DNA of 63,963 nt, filler included, from Reclinomonas americana ATCC 50394 (lineage: Eukaryota), in NCBI GenBank assembly GCA_048213135.1. It is 5 parts of 4 records of this genome, joined end to end, with 100 filler letters (N's around TTAATTAATTAA, not from the genome) between each part and the next. Parts side by side here need not be neighbours in the genome. Positions count along the whole stretch, not along the records: positions 14,125 to 32,843 come from PS015142.1; positions 32,944 to 56,598 come from PS015142.1; 3 more parts are not named here. One strand, given 5' to 3'. The notes beneath the pieces were generated by a model. It made no database searches. It was given only the letters and a program-made list of their open reading frames with translations, and was not told the origin of the DNA. Made by a program: the position numbers and the translations under genes. Of the stretch, positions 22,866 through 36,100 are shown piece by piece; the stretch's first letter is position 1, and each line of letters begins with the position of its first letter.

Positions 22866-25800
22866 CTATGGGGGCTTGGCGGCGCCCGGTGGTCTGAACG
22901 ATGGCGGTGGTGGCTTGATGCCGGCCACCGACACTCGTGGTCTGTCGAGTGGAGCCGGTGCTGCATGCGAGGAAGCCAGAGGTAAACAAGAAGGGGCATG
23001 AGAAGAGAGCAGAGGGGTGGTGAGATATGCGTACTCACCACCTGGCGGCTGTGGCGAGCGTGCGCCGACGCTAGACGTTCCCCCGATGCTGGGAGGTGGA
23101 GACACACTCAGCGTCACACCGGAGGCGGCGGCTCCAGCATTCGGACCCGGTGGATACGTGAGCATGGCCGAGGCACCAGCACCGCCTGCACCGTTGGGCG
23201 CACCCTTTTGCTGCGATGCCATCTTGATGCGCAGTGCCGACATTTCTTTCGAAAACTTGCGGGCGTTCTCCATCATCTGCACAGGAGGCGCATCAGGGAC
23301 AGGTGCATGCAGGACGCAGCCAGCACGCGGACGCACCTGTTCCTCCATGGCACGCACTTTGGACTCGGCCTTTTCGGCTCGCATCGCCATGGCGAACTTT
23401 TCTGCGGTCAGCGTCTGCTTCTCCTCGCGCAACTTGGTCAGCTCTTGCATCGCATCCGCCGACGGCGGTTCTCCGCTGCTCCGCGGCAATCGTGAGATAT
23501 CACGTCACGCAATCACAGAGTGCGGGGAGGGGGGTGTACGCACTTGGCTCCCTCGGCTCCAGGTCCTTGCTTCGACATTCGCTGCAGACGAGCATTCTCC
23601 ATGGTGAGCTGCGACTTCTCGCTTCCCCACTTGGCCTGCTCGGCCAGCAGCGCCGCCTTCTCCTTCATCAACTGCGCTTTCTCCCGGCGCAGCTCGGCCA
23701 CGTCGCCCGGCTCGTCGGCTGCGCTCCCGCCCTTGGACGGACTGGAGGTGGGAGTGGTGGAGCCGCCTTGATCTGTCGAACACCCCCCACCCATCACGAG
23801 TGAGTGACACGACGCAGTCGACGCGCACGCCCCTCCTTGCACCAAACGCAACATCGCCTCACAGTGACCTCCAACACCTTCTCCAGTCGCTCAATCACCT
23901 CCTCCTGCTTCTGCGCCGTCTGACGGTACTTTTCGAGACGAGCATTCTTGCTCTGCAGTTTCTGCAGAATCGTGCTCTGGATCATGTGCGCCTGCTCCAA
24001 CTCGATGAGGCGTTTTGAGGCCTCGTTGCCGCGAATGATCTCGTTCTGCAGGCCTTGGATCTTGAGTTCGTACCGGTCCGCCAGTGACTGCAGTCGCCGA
24101 ATCTCCGACAGCGCAGTCCGATGCTCCTCCATCAGCTGCTCTCGCGACAAGTGCTCCAGCGGGCGTGCCGTGTCGAGATGCGACGTGTCGAACTGGTCCA
24201 CCTGAGCCTCCAACCGCTGCACTTCTGCACGCAGTGCGGCGTTCTCGGCCGTCACCTGACGAATGCAAGACCCGTGAGTGGACACGCATGGCGACATGTA
24301 GAGTGGCATCACCACATACCTGTGCAACATGCTCCGACTGATCGTCCAGCTGGTGCAACAACGAGCTAATCACCGCGTCCTTGCCAGTGATGATGCTCTC
24401 GTAGGGCGACGGTTCCGTGCCCCCACTGCTGCTTCTCGCCGAGCTGTTGGTCCCCGAGGATCGCTGCGACGATGCTAGCGCCTCTCCAGGAGTGCCGCTG
24501 TGACAAGTGTGAGGTGATGACAGTGACGAAACGGACAGTCGCGTGGAGTACACACCGATCAGTCGCCGGCGGTGGCCGCCCACCACCACTCGAGTGCTGT
24601 GATCGAGCACTGCCGGGAGATAGCGCGCCAGTGGGTGGTTTGCCCATGCCCGGTGGTGCAAGTCCTCCCGTGCCACCCTGTGGCAGCGGCAGAGCCGGCA
24701 TGTCCGGTCGACCCCGGCTACTCGGCAACAATGCAGTCAGTGATTGTCGGAAAGCTCCTTGGGTGCATCAGTTCAAATGTACCTCGGGGGCTTCTGGTAT
24801 GCCGGCGAATCGGAAGACGAGCGACTGCGCACGTTGGGTCGCTCCGCAGGCGGCGACGACGACAACGAACGATTCGTGTTGGCTCCGCTGCCGTGCGGCA
24901 CTAATCTGTCGTGCTCAGCAGGCGATCGCATAATGGGAACTGGATTGTCTCCGTCTGGTGGCACGACAAGAGCAATCTCAGGGGTGTGAGTACCCAGGAG
25001 AAAACAACTGCGGCTGCTCATCCTCTCTACCACACATGCCTGCACGCGGCCGGCCGGAGCGTGGTGGCAAGTCGGAGGTGGTCGGGCGTTTTCCCGGTGA
25101 TGCTAATGGACACGCACGCAATATAAGAGTTGAACCACGCATGCAAAGTGANNNNNNNNNNNNNNNNNNNNNNNNNNNNNNNNNNNNNNNNNNNNNNNNN
25201 NNNNNNNNNNNNNNNNNNNNNNNNNNNNNNNNNNNNNNNNNNNNNNNNNNNNNNNNNNNNNNNNNNNNNNNNNNNNNNNNNNNNNNNNNNNNNNNNNNNN
25301 NNNNNNNNNNNNNNNNNNNNNNNNNNNNNNNNNNNNNNNNNNNNNNNNNNNNNNNNNNNNNNNNNNNNNNNNNNNNNNNNNNNNNNNNNNNNNNNNNNNN
25401 NNNNNNNNNNNNNNNNNNNNNNNNNNNNNNNNNNNNNNNNNNNNNNNNNNNNNNNNNNNNNNNNNNNNNNNNNNNNNNNNNNNNNNNNNNNNNNNNNNNN
25501 NNNNNCTGCTGCATCGCCATCGTACGCACCACCCATATTGCCGTCGGCCGCGACACGCGGTGATTGCTCACTGGGAGGTCGTCCACCGGCCATTCGTGAG
25601 CTTCGTGGATTCAGAAAGCTGCGAGTGCGTGGGAGAGTCAGCCTCATTCCCGGCCGTCACCCATCTCCACCAGGCAAACCTATTGCGCCCGAGGCTACTT
25701 TGCCGCGAGAGCCGGCCGTCGTCGACGTTGGGAGACGAGGGTGATTTGACAGGATCGGAGAACACGGAGGAGACGGGGCGGACGAGGCCAGCGGACTCAC

Positions 25801-28487
25801 GCCGCAGTTTGACCAGGTACTTTTCCCCAACCCACAGCGCCGTTTTCACATGGAGCTGCATCGCATCCATTCCACGTCACGCCACGACGACAGTGTGGAG
25901 TGGACGGCATGAACAACACAACACGTACCCCACACTTTTCCTCCATGTGGTAATCCGAAGCACCGACGACTCGCAACTTGCAACGCGCACTGCACTCGAG
26001 GCATCCCTGCACCACACCACACCAGCTGTCAAAAAATGCACAAGGCGCATGCAGAAGTGCGCGAGCGCTGACCTCGGGTGTCATGTTCTCCGGCGCCGCA
26101 ATCTCTGATATCGGTATGGACACGAAAGCGCGCAGCTTGGCGCCCAACGAGTGCTCGCCTTCCTCGTCCGGCTGCGCGGTGGCATGCGATGAGCGACAAA
26201 CACACGAGCAGAGAGAGAAGCACAGACAGTGTCAAACCGGTTGCGGAAAGGTGCGCTCGAATAATTGCACCACCACGTGCGTGTTGGGACCGAGTGTTGC
26301 CTGTGCAGAACGTGAGCGTGTGTCGCGAAACAAGGACGCCTGCATGCTACACACACCTGATCTTGCACGAATACGCAGCGCTCGTTGAACTCCACCATCG
26401 ACGAGCGAACACTTCCCGGGAAGAGCACTTGTGGTTTGGAGAGGAAAGGACTCGCGACAAACCCCTGCATCACGCCCGCGTTGTGAGCAGCAGCAGCAGC
26501 AGCGACACCGAGAAATACAGCTCACGCAACAAGACTCTCAAACGGATTCGCCTCCGACAAGTGCACCGTCGACACTGGCAAGTTGATCGAGTAGGAACCC
26601 TGCGCACATGCAAGCGCAGAGTGTGTCAGGCCAGCGCAGACCCACCACCAAGAAGACGGCATCGTGAAACTCTTCTGATGCTAGACTTGAAGATGGTCAT
26701 GTCAGGCATCACCGATACCACCGGCACAAAGTCGCTCACGACACCGGCGGCCGCCAGTTCACCGTCGAGCATCATGATGGACACCTGCACAAGTATAGTG
26801 TTACCCACACACGGACGAGGAAGAGAGGCACAATGACATGCCGCGCACACGTACCCCTAGTCGGCGAAGTGACGGTCGCTCCTCAAACAAAACAATGTCC
26901 TCCTCACGGAAGCGCTCCACCTGCAGCGTCAGATACAGTCGCACACCGTCGCGACTGACGACCTCCAGATTGTGCCTGTGCGCGGGCAGTGGTTGAATAC
27001 AAAGGTAATACAACAGCTGCCCTCCAACAAGCTGGACGCAACGTGTGCGACGATGTCAAGCAGTGGAACGGAATCACAAAACGCAGACCATCGCTCACAC
27101 GACCGTCGGCGCCGTGCAAGCGCACCTGCACTCGCAGACCCACGCTGGCTCCACTGGCCAGATCCTGCACACACAAGGAATTCCCCACGTAGCGTTACAC
27201 AGACTGTGGTTTCAGCGCGGGCAGTCACAGCCTCGCACCTCTTCAGGCAGACTCAATTCAATCGTTCTCCGCCACCGCGCACACTGGCCTTCCACTGCCA
27301 CCGCTTCCACCTCGGCATCGGCACGAACACGAACCACGCCGTCGCCGTCACGTGACTCTGCCACTTCGACGACGTGCTCCACCACCTGGAACGCCACCGA
27401 GGCCATGGCCGCGCCGATCGGTAGCGGCGACGCGCAGTGGGCGTGAATCTTGATGATGCGACAGGCCGGATGCTGGCCCTGAGGGGAGGAAGAAACAAGG
27501 CATGAGAAGGTGGATGAGTTGAACGCTGGTCCACACACACACCTGTAATGGCGTGTTCAACATCGATCGCTGGCCCGGCGGTGGACGATTGCCCGTGGTG
27601 GGCGGTCGACCACGCTTGACCGGCGACATGCCAAAGGCGACAGGCGACACCACACCGTCAATGCTGACACGGAAGCGTGAGGACGGTCCCACTGGCTGCA
27701 GCGTGATACCGGTCAGATTTTGATGTGCCGGCGCTCCCGAACCGATCGGCGGCAACAGCATTCCGCTGTCAGTGGAGGCCAACAGCGGCGTGGCTGAACT
27801 CTGCGCCATCACGGCATCGGTGTCCTCGTCGATCAGCTGCAGCACCAGCCGTGGTCGCCGCGACGGTCGCACGACGAATGCCGCCTCCTCGCCCTGGCAA
27901 ACACACCACGTGTGACTGCGTGTCACACAGAGAGACAAGTGGTCACTGGTCACACAACACACCTCATCGCCCTGCCCGCCCAGCGAAGCACCGTGCATCT
28001 GTCGCAGCAGTCGCGTGCGGTGCACCTCCTCTGCCTTGCCAGCCGCACTCGCTCCACGTGCCGCCGGTTGTCCCACCCGAACCGCCGTTGTCACTGTCGA
28101 ATCCCCTCGATCCTCCTGCACCAACGCCCGCACAAAACACCGCTTCTCGCCCGCCTCCGGCAGCTGCTGCCGATCAACCGCCTCCAGCGAAATGCGCGCC
28201 AAACGCAGCAGAACATTGGCTTCACCATCCAAATCACTCACATCCTCATCCTCATCATCGTCATCATCATCATCGCAGTCTGAGTCAGACTCTGCGCCAC
28301 CATGGCTGCCACGCACACGAGCAGCACCTCCATGTGTCGCACTACTACCACTTGCCGCGGCAGTGGCGACAGGTGGCACCACGGCAGGTGGCTCATCGAT
28401 ACCAGCCGCCCACGTCGGCATGCGCGCCACTTGGTGCGTGCGACGGTCATCGTCGCCGCCACCGCCACCGCTCTCACGTCCACTCAT
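22866..28487 (-). CDS. CCDC33-like protein (C2-like domains + C-terminal coiled coil), spanning gap 25152-25505
   Basis: Beta-rich C2-like exons at 26000-28250; LEQAHMIQ..LQKLQ..KYRQTAQKQEEVIERLE and MMENARKFSKE resemble the CCDC33 C-terminus; one-gene model across the gap is inferred. Confidence 0.55.
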
Positions 28488-28586
28488 GCGGGCGACGCGG
28501 GCGCAGCGTAAAGCGAGAGTAGAGAGAGAGTGCGTGCGTGTGGACAGAGAGGGCAGTTCATGCTCGCTCTGTCCAATCATATCACA

Positions 28587-29342
28587 ATGTCATCGGGGAA
28601 GAAGGCGCCGGCTGCCTCCAGTGGCAGTGGCAGTGGCAGTGCGTCTACCACGCGTCCTGTGCGGACGTCGTCCATGGGCAGCGACCGCGGGGCACCAGTG
28701 CGCACGGATTACAAGACGAGCTGCTGGGGATGTCTGAGTGACAGTGGTGTGCTCGGTGAGAAGCGAGTCGCACGGTGCATGTGTGGGGTCAGTGCTGCTG
28801 CTCATTGTGTCTGCATCAGCACGGAGCTGTTGCTGGAATCAATGGGCTGTGAACTACAATCAGTTGCGCGGACTTGCATGCTGTGTTATGTGCACATTTT
28901 GTGTGTTGACTTTTGTCTCTCAGATCCACCGGAGTGCACACGTCGAGTCGCCAGTCCATCTGCACCAAGCCGTGTCTGGTGCCTCTGGCGTTTTGCTTGA
29001 TTGGTGTGTGTGTGTGTGCATTTTTTTGGTGTGCTCATCAGTGTCATGCTGACTTCAATCGCGTGCAAGGCATGGGTCCGTGCAGCTGCATGTACTACGA
29101 GTATCAGGCGCGCAAGCGAGTACGAGACACGTGGAAGTACAAGGTGCGACATACGAGCAGTCGAGAAAGAGACAGAGAACTCACTCTGTCGCGTGCAGGA
29201 GGATCCGGTCGGCGATGGGTGCAAGACGATAGTGTGCTTTCCGTGTGCGGTGTCACAAACGGCGCGCGAGATCAAGGTTCTGCTGCAGCCCAAGTACGAG
29301 GCGCAACTCGACGAGTTGCTGACGGCGTACAAGAAGACGTAG
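28587..29342 (+). CDS. PLAC8/cornifelin-family Cys-rich protein
   Basis: YKTSCWGCLSD..SCCW..; RKRVRDTWKY..DGCKTIVCFPCAVSQTARE. Confidence 0.85.
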
Positions 29343-29451
29343 AGGAGACGGAGGAGGAATTATTTTTTGTGTGTGCATAATAAGTGCATGTAGGCGGAGT
29401 GTTGCAACCACAGCTGAGCGCAGTTCATGTCATCCACTCTCAAGTTAGCGC

Positions 29452-30851
29452 TTACTCGGCGGCGGCGGCAGAAGACTCGCCCGGTGTGTACGTGGGGTAG
29501 TCGATGTAGCCCTTGTCGCCTCCAACGTACCATGTCTGCAAGTGCACGAACAGGTGAGCATTCCAGCGTCATCATGACACTTCGCACACGCACAAAGGCA
29601 CGTACCGGGTAGTCGTGCTTCGCGAGCGGCGCACCGATGCGAAGGCGCTCGACGAGGTCCGGGTTGGCGATAAACAGGCGCCCGAACGACGCAAAGTGCG
29701 CCTTGCCCGACGCAACGAGGCTCTCGGCCTGCTCGGGCGGCACGCCGCCGTTGATCATCAGCGGCCCCTTGAACTCGCTGAACAGCGCGAGGTTCGACTC
29801 GGCCACCGCCGGGTTGAAGTCGCACAGGTGGATGTAGGCCAACTTGCCGTTCAGGGCCTTGGCGACCGCGTGGTATGTGGCTTCGACGTCGGTGTGCATC
29901 ACGTCGTTGTCTGCGAGAGACAGTGAGTACGCAGACTTCTTCATCGTCTTTGCAGCAGCAGCAGCAAAGGATGACGCAACACTGCGTGACAGGCGACTGG
30001 CGGATGCCGATGCGGTTGGCGGGGAAGTGCTTGCTGACCTCCTCGAGCACCTCGAGCAAGAAGCGCATGCGGTTCTCAATCGAGCCACCGTACGCATCGG
30101 TGCGCTTGTTGGTGCCGTCGCTGAGGAACTGCTGAATGAGGTAGCCATTGGCGCCGTGGATCTCCACGCCATCAAAGCCCGCATGCGCCGCGCGCGCCGC
30201 CCCCTGTCCAAACTCCGCAATGGTGGTGGCGATATCCTCCGCCGTCATCTCCTGCGGCACCGACGCCTTCTTGTTCGTCAGCACGTGGCCGTCGGTGGAG
30301 TCGTACACCTGCACCGAGTCCGCCGGCTCAATGACCGACGGAGCAAACGGAGGGCGGTGGTCGGGCGTGTAGTCCGAGTGACCAACACGGCCGGCGTGCC
30401 ACAGCTGCAGGAAAATGTAGCCGCCCTTGGCGTGCACGGCCTCGGTCACCGCGCGCCAGCTTTCCGCTTGCTCGTCGCTCCAGATGCACACGGCGTTGTT
30501 GAAGGGAGTGCTCATGCGCGAGACGTTGGTGGCGTCAGTGATCTGCCATTGCATGTTTGAGAGAGAGAGACAGACAATAAGAGTGAGTGGGGCAACACGC
30601 TTACCAGCAGGCCACCGGGAGTGGCGCGCTGTGCAAAGTGCACCGCCACATTGTCTTGCAGCAGCTGTTCAGAGGGAGTCAGTTGCAGCAGTCGTCGCGG
30701 CGAGTGACGCAAAAAAGAAAGAGCGCGCAACGAAATCCGGGGCTCCGCGAGTGCGGCTGCGAGTCATCGGTGCGAGGACCACGCGGTGCGACAGCTGCAG
30801 GTCGCCGACTTGGAAGGGGGAGAGGAGAGTGGGGTACTGGTTAGCGCTCAT
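29452..30851 (-). CDS. Old yellow enzyme (NAD(P)H:flavin ene-reductase, classical subclass)
   Basis: HRVVLAPMTR, QLWHAGR, GFDGVEIHGANGYL, NKRTDAYGGS, FGRLFIANPDL, GYIDYP. Confidence 0.96.
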
Positions 30852-31861
30852 GGTAGTGACTGGAAGAAAAGAAGTAGGTGTGGTTTGCAGACAAGTGCGC
30901 AATTGTTTGTTTTGTGTGGGTCATTTGCGTCGGGTCACCCTTGTGGCATATTCCGCATTCGGCGAAAACTCCGATTCGAAATGTTGCGCAATGGGGGCGT
31001 AAGAGTGGGTGTGTGTGGCGCTTTTTCTGTGCGCGCTGTTGAATTTGGGGTTCCGGGCACTGCAATGAACAGTGATATCGCGTGATCGATTGCATGAAAT
31101 CTAAAGTTCGACATCGTATAATCGATATGTGACGTCGACCTGCAGGCGCAGGCGCAGTGGCGAGCGAAATCGACTGAGTGCGCAGGCACCAGTGTGCATG
31201 TAGTTGCACTCAGCCGTCACGGAGCAGCAGTGCGCACACTTGTGAATTCGAACTATGAATTCGGACAAGCGATCTGTCCCGGCCACTGGCCGCGGGTTGT
31301 CGGCGACAAGGTACTCCGACTCCCCGCAAAAAAAAAAAGTGTAACTCGCAGCAATTAGAACAAAATCCTCAACAACGTGAAATGCAACCGGAGCTGGAGC
31401 GATCCAGACGAGGTAAGCGACTTCGAAGGCCTAGGAATTCCGAGCACGCTGAGACCATAGTTTGCTGTTCAATGAAGCGTATGCAGGTCATGTCAGACTC
31501 GGGGTGACTGAGCCTGGCCTTCAGCAAGCGCTGGCTGCAGCGCTGCTTGCCCATGGCCAGGAATTCGAATTCGAATTCGAATTTGAACCCAACTATCGCT
31601 GAAGATGGAACTTGCATCCGCATCCGCAACCACGCCCTGCGTGACACCGACCTATCACACACAGACAAACAAGCACATCCGAATGCGAGCTACTCGCGGA
31701 GCCTCTCGCCTTTCCCGACAACATAATATTGCGCGATTTCGGAGTGCATGGATCGGAGTCGGCGCCCGCGGGTTACAAAACCCACCAATTCTCTCCTCTT
31801 CCTGCACGCCAACACCACCGCCACCACCACCACCTCCTCCTCTCCCTTCCACACTACCACC

Positions 31862-33056
31862 ATGTCTGCCTCCCCTCAACGCATCTTTGTCACCGGAGCC
31901 TCTCGTGGCATCGGTGAGTGAGTCTCACTCACCCACACACATGAACTTGCAGACACTCACCGCGCGCCTCTCACTTCCTCTCCAGGTCTCGCCCTGGTCA
32001 CGGAGCTCGCCGAGGCCGGCCACACTGTGTTTGCGGGCGCTCGCGACCCCGACGCCGCCACGGCGCTGCAAGAGCTCGTCGCCCGTTTCCCCCACACGGT
32101 GACTGCGGTGCAGTGTGACGTGGTCGATGACGCCTCTGTGGAGCGTGCGGCGGCGGAGATTGCCGCGCGCACCGACGGCGAGATCGACTGGGTCATCAAC
32201 AATGCCGGCATCACGGGCGAGAAGACCAGTTGCGCTGCTGCATGACACACCTACCTACCTCTTCGTTTGCATTGTCGCTCACCTCCTTCCCTCGCCATCG
32301 TAGCGTACCACCTGGACACGATTGACCGCGCCGGAGTGCTGGAGGTTCTCAACGTGAACGCAGTGAGCCCGCTGATCGTCAGCAAGGTGTTCAAGCCGCT
32401 GCTTGCCAAGTCCAAATCCGCCAACAAGGTACTTGCTTGGCCTCCTCGTCCCCCGTGTTCCTTCTCCCTCTCACGTGTGGTGTGCCGCGACGCAGCAACT
32501 GGTGTTCATCTCCTCCATTCTCGGATCGACGCAGCTGGCCGCCGGCGGCACATGGAGTGCGCTGGCCTACCGCCAAAGCAAGGCTGCTGTCAACATTAGT
32601 GCGTTACACTGTCTCTCTTTCTCTCTCTCTCTCTGTCGTGCATCGCTCACTGGCGCCCCACCGTGCACAGCCGCCAAGGTGCTCAAGACCGAGTTCGACG
32701 AGCTCAACGTCGTCGTCACAAGCATCCACCCGGGTTGGGTCGATGTTGCGCATCGCTCTCATTCTCTCCTCCCTCCCCCCTTCCCTCGACGCTCACCATT
32801 CTCTCCACTCACCAGACCGACATGGGACGCGCAAACGGCGAGCNNNNNNNNNNNNNNNNNNNNNNNNNNNNNNNNNNNNNNNNNNNNTTAATTAATTAAN
32901 NNNNNNNNNNNNNNNNNNNNNNNNNNNNNNNNNNNNNNNNNNNCACCGCTGAAGGTGGGCACGGTGGCGCCGGCCATCATCAAGGTGGTGGAGTCGTCGA
33001 CGCTGGCCGACTCCGGATCATTCCGGTCATGGGAGGGTCAAACGATCCCCTTCTAG
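31862..33056 (+). CDS. C-factor/CsgA-like short-chain dehydrogenase/reductase (spans linker gap)
   Basis: TGASRGIG, INNAG, YRQSK, HPGWVDTDMG, SGSFRSWEG..IPF*. Confidence 0.95.
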
Positions 33057-33190
33057 AATGAGCAACACCAATGAATAGCAACGTGTAGATCCTGTTGTAC
33101 TCTCTTATCTCTCTCTCCTCTGCTGCCGGTCATCGCTTCGTTGTCCCGGGTGTTGGCAAAAAAAGCGCGCGAAACGATTTTCAAGCTTCG

Positions 33191-36100
33191 ATGGAGAACT
33201 TTGTGGTCCTCAGCCCCGCTGAGGAGGAGGCGTATCGGCGAGAGATCGAGCTGACACGACGCAAGAGGAGGCTACAGGAGGTAGGCGCATGCGTGTGTGA
33301 GTGTGTGAGCTGTCGATCATCTTCATCATCGTCATCGCCGATCAACAGGTGCGCCAACAAGAACGCGATCGTGCCCGCGAACGGCTCAACAAGACTCGCA
33401 ACGAGAAGCAACAACTCAAGCATGCGCAGCGTGAGCGTGTGGCGGTGCGTGTGCCACCTCTCTGTCACTCCTTCCCTTCCTTTCTCCACTCATCGCGAGA
33501 CAGTTGGCCATGATCGACGAGCGCACGGCGCAAGTCGCCGCCGACGGCGCCGCAGTGTCGGCAGCCGAGAGGCGGCGAGCCAATGGCGCCTTTGCGGCGG
33601 CCGTTCACGTGCAGCAGTCCATGGTTCGCTCCTCCCTGCTGTGTGATGAGCGATCGCACTCACTATGTCATGTGCACTCCACGCAGGCCCGAAGCGCTGA
33701 GGCGGAGAACGAGCAGTGGCAGCAGTGGTACGAGCGTGCCGATTCACGAGGGTCGTCGGCAGCCGCAGTGGTGCGTGATCATTCATCTTTCTGTCGAGTA
33801 GATCTCTTCCGCTGAGTTCGCGACACAGTTCGAGGAAGAGTACAGCGAGGCACATCGGCAGGAGCGGGAGCTGGCGCAGGCGCGTGCTCGCTCTCGTTTC
33901 GAGGAGGATGTGCGCGCCAAGCTCATTGTTGCGTCGTCGGTGCTGGCGTCTTGCCTGCTGGCCGCTGACCCCTGTCGACAAATCGCAGGCCGAGGCGCAG
34001 CGCGAAAAGGAGGCCGTGTTGGCCGCGTTCGTTGTGCCTCCGGAGGTGCCGAGCTCCGTGTCGTACGTCTCGTCGGGCACGCGAGTGACCGTGTCGCGCC
34101 ACACGGTGCCGGCACAACGCGATTTTGCGCACACACACTTGCACGCGTTGCATGGACTGGTCGATGGAAATGTGGTGCCGGCAGACGAAGCCGCCGAGCG
34201 CCAGCGGAAGGCAGACGCCGCTCGGTTGAAGAAGCAGGCTCAGATGCAACTCGAGCAGGCCATGGTGGCCAAGGATCGCGAACGCGTGGCAGTGCGCCGC
34301 GAACAGGCCGCCAAGGTGATCGATCGTGTGGTGTTCTTCCGATTTTTTATTCCGTTTCATCCTCTCTCTCACATGACGACCCAGAGTGCCGAAGAGACCA
34401 AGGAGACACTGGAACAAATGACACAGCAGTCGAGACGACGAGTGATGAAGGACGGCGTGGCTGTGTCGTCCGTCACGGCCTCGTCGACCACACAAGTGAT
34501 CGACCGTGCTCGCCAGCGCGCTCTCTTGCGCGATGCCTTCGAACGCGTGTTTGTGGATAAGAGTCGCGTGGCAGTGAGATATTGCTTGTCGTCGCCAGCA
34601 GTGGAGACCGACGCTGTGTGCTCTCCTTTCCTCGGTGCAGGCGATCGCCATGTGGTGGCCCGACAGAGCGTGGACGATGCAGAAGTCGTGCAGGTTGTGG
34701 ACAAGACACCACCAGGTGCGATCTGCGTCGTAAGTGTCGCCACAAATAGTGATGCAGTGTTTTCACACTCTTTTGCGCAGCACTCGTGTCGACCAGAATA
34801 CGCGAGCAGCAGCTACATCAACAACGACTGCGCAGCATTCGGTTCGACCTGTCCGCGACCGACGACGTTGCTGTTGTCGAGAGGGAGACGGTGGAGACCG
34901 AGGAGCATGGCCGAGCGGAAGTAGGAGAGGCTGGCGACGGCGCACTGCAGACGACAACACCCGGTGACAATAAGGATGCAGTGCCACCGTCACCACCCAC
35001 TCGTGACGTCGCCGTGTCGCCACCGCAGACGACGACACCAGCGGCAGTGGATGTCGCCACATCGCCAGTACTTCTCTCAACGCTCCCACCAAAGACTCCA
35101 TCGCCGCGAGTTGCAGGAGGTGAGAGATGATGTGAAGGTTTGGTGGTTGCTGTTGGACCGACGCAGCTTGATGCAGGAGGCGTTGCTTCGCCGGCCGCAC
35201 CGACACCTGATCGCACCCCGGCTCGAGCAGATGGTGAGTACTGCGTGCATGATGTTCGTTCGTGGACACGCACAGATTTGCTGACGCCCTCGCAGTGCCT
35301 CCAACGCCCCAAACGACCACAACTGGCGGTGCGGCTATTCGTGAAGGTCTGTTTTCAGTTGCATACAGATTGTTGTCGCTGATGTATCACCATGTGCTGG
35401 TGACTGCAGAAGCCGCACCACCGCCTCTCGTGTCACCGCCGCCACAGACGCAGTCGACAGAGGTTGATGAGAGCGATTCGCTGTCGTTGCAATCGTTGGG
35501 TGCCGACAGCATGGTTACGTGCACAGTCACCCAGTCGATGCAAAGTGGATAGCTAGTTGCTCACATTGCAGCAGGAGTCACTCCTATCACAAGTGGATCG
35601 CCAACGCCCCGTGTACAGCAATGCATCGAAAGCGTTGCAACAACTGGAGGCCCGAACAACTCGCCTCCTGCAACGTGTGGAGGCCGACAGTCGGCGGGTG
35701 GCTTCACTTGTCGACGACGCTCCATCGTTGCCTGGTTCCAGTTCGTCGTCCTCGATGGCTGCCTCTCTCAACCTCTGTGCGTTACTCAACTGTTCTTCCG
35801 ACGAAACATGCACGTTTCCACTCACGCAAACGTGTCACAGATCCACAATCGCTCTCTGAGAGTGACTCCGACCCGATGCAAATCTCTGACGAGCTCGACT
35901 CCCTCGTGCGCGACATTCGTGCCTCGCGCTATCGCATGTCGGCGGCGCCGACCTCCCACGTGCTGGTACGTACACGCATAATGGGGAGTTCTTTCTGCCC
36001 GTTCGAATGTGTCTCACTGGGCGATGCAACTGCGTGCAGCGCTCGTCGAGTGCGAGCAATCGCTACAGCGCGGCGGCACCAGCTGACGATGCCGCCTCCA

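Noticed and set aside
31561-31587. GAATTC tandem as a heat-shock element
   Set aside because: The 6-bp period does not match the nGAAnnTTCn 5-bp unit spacing.
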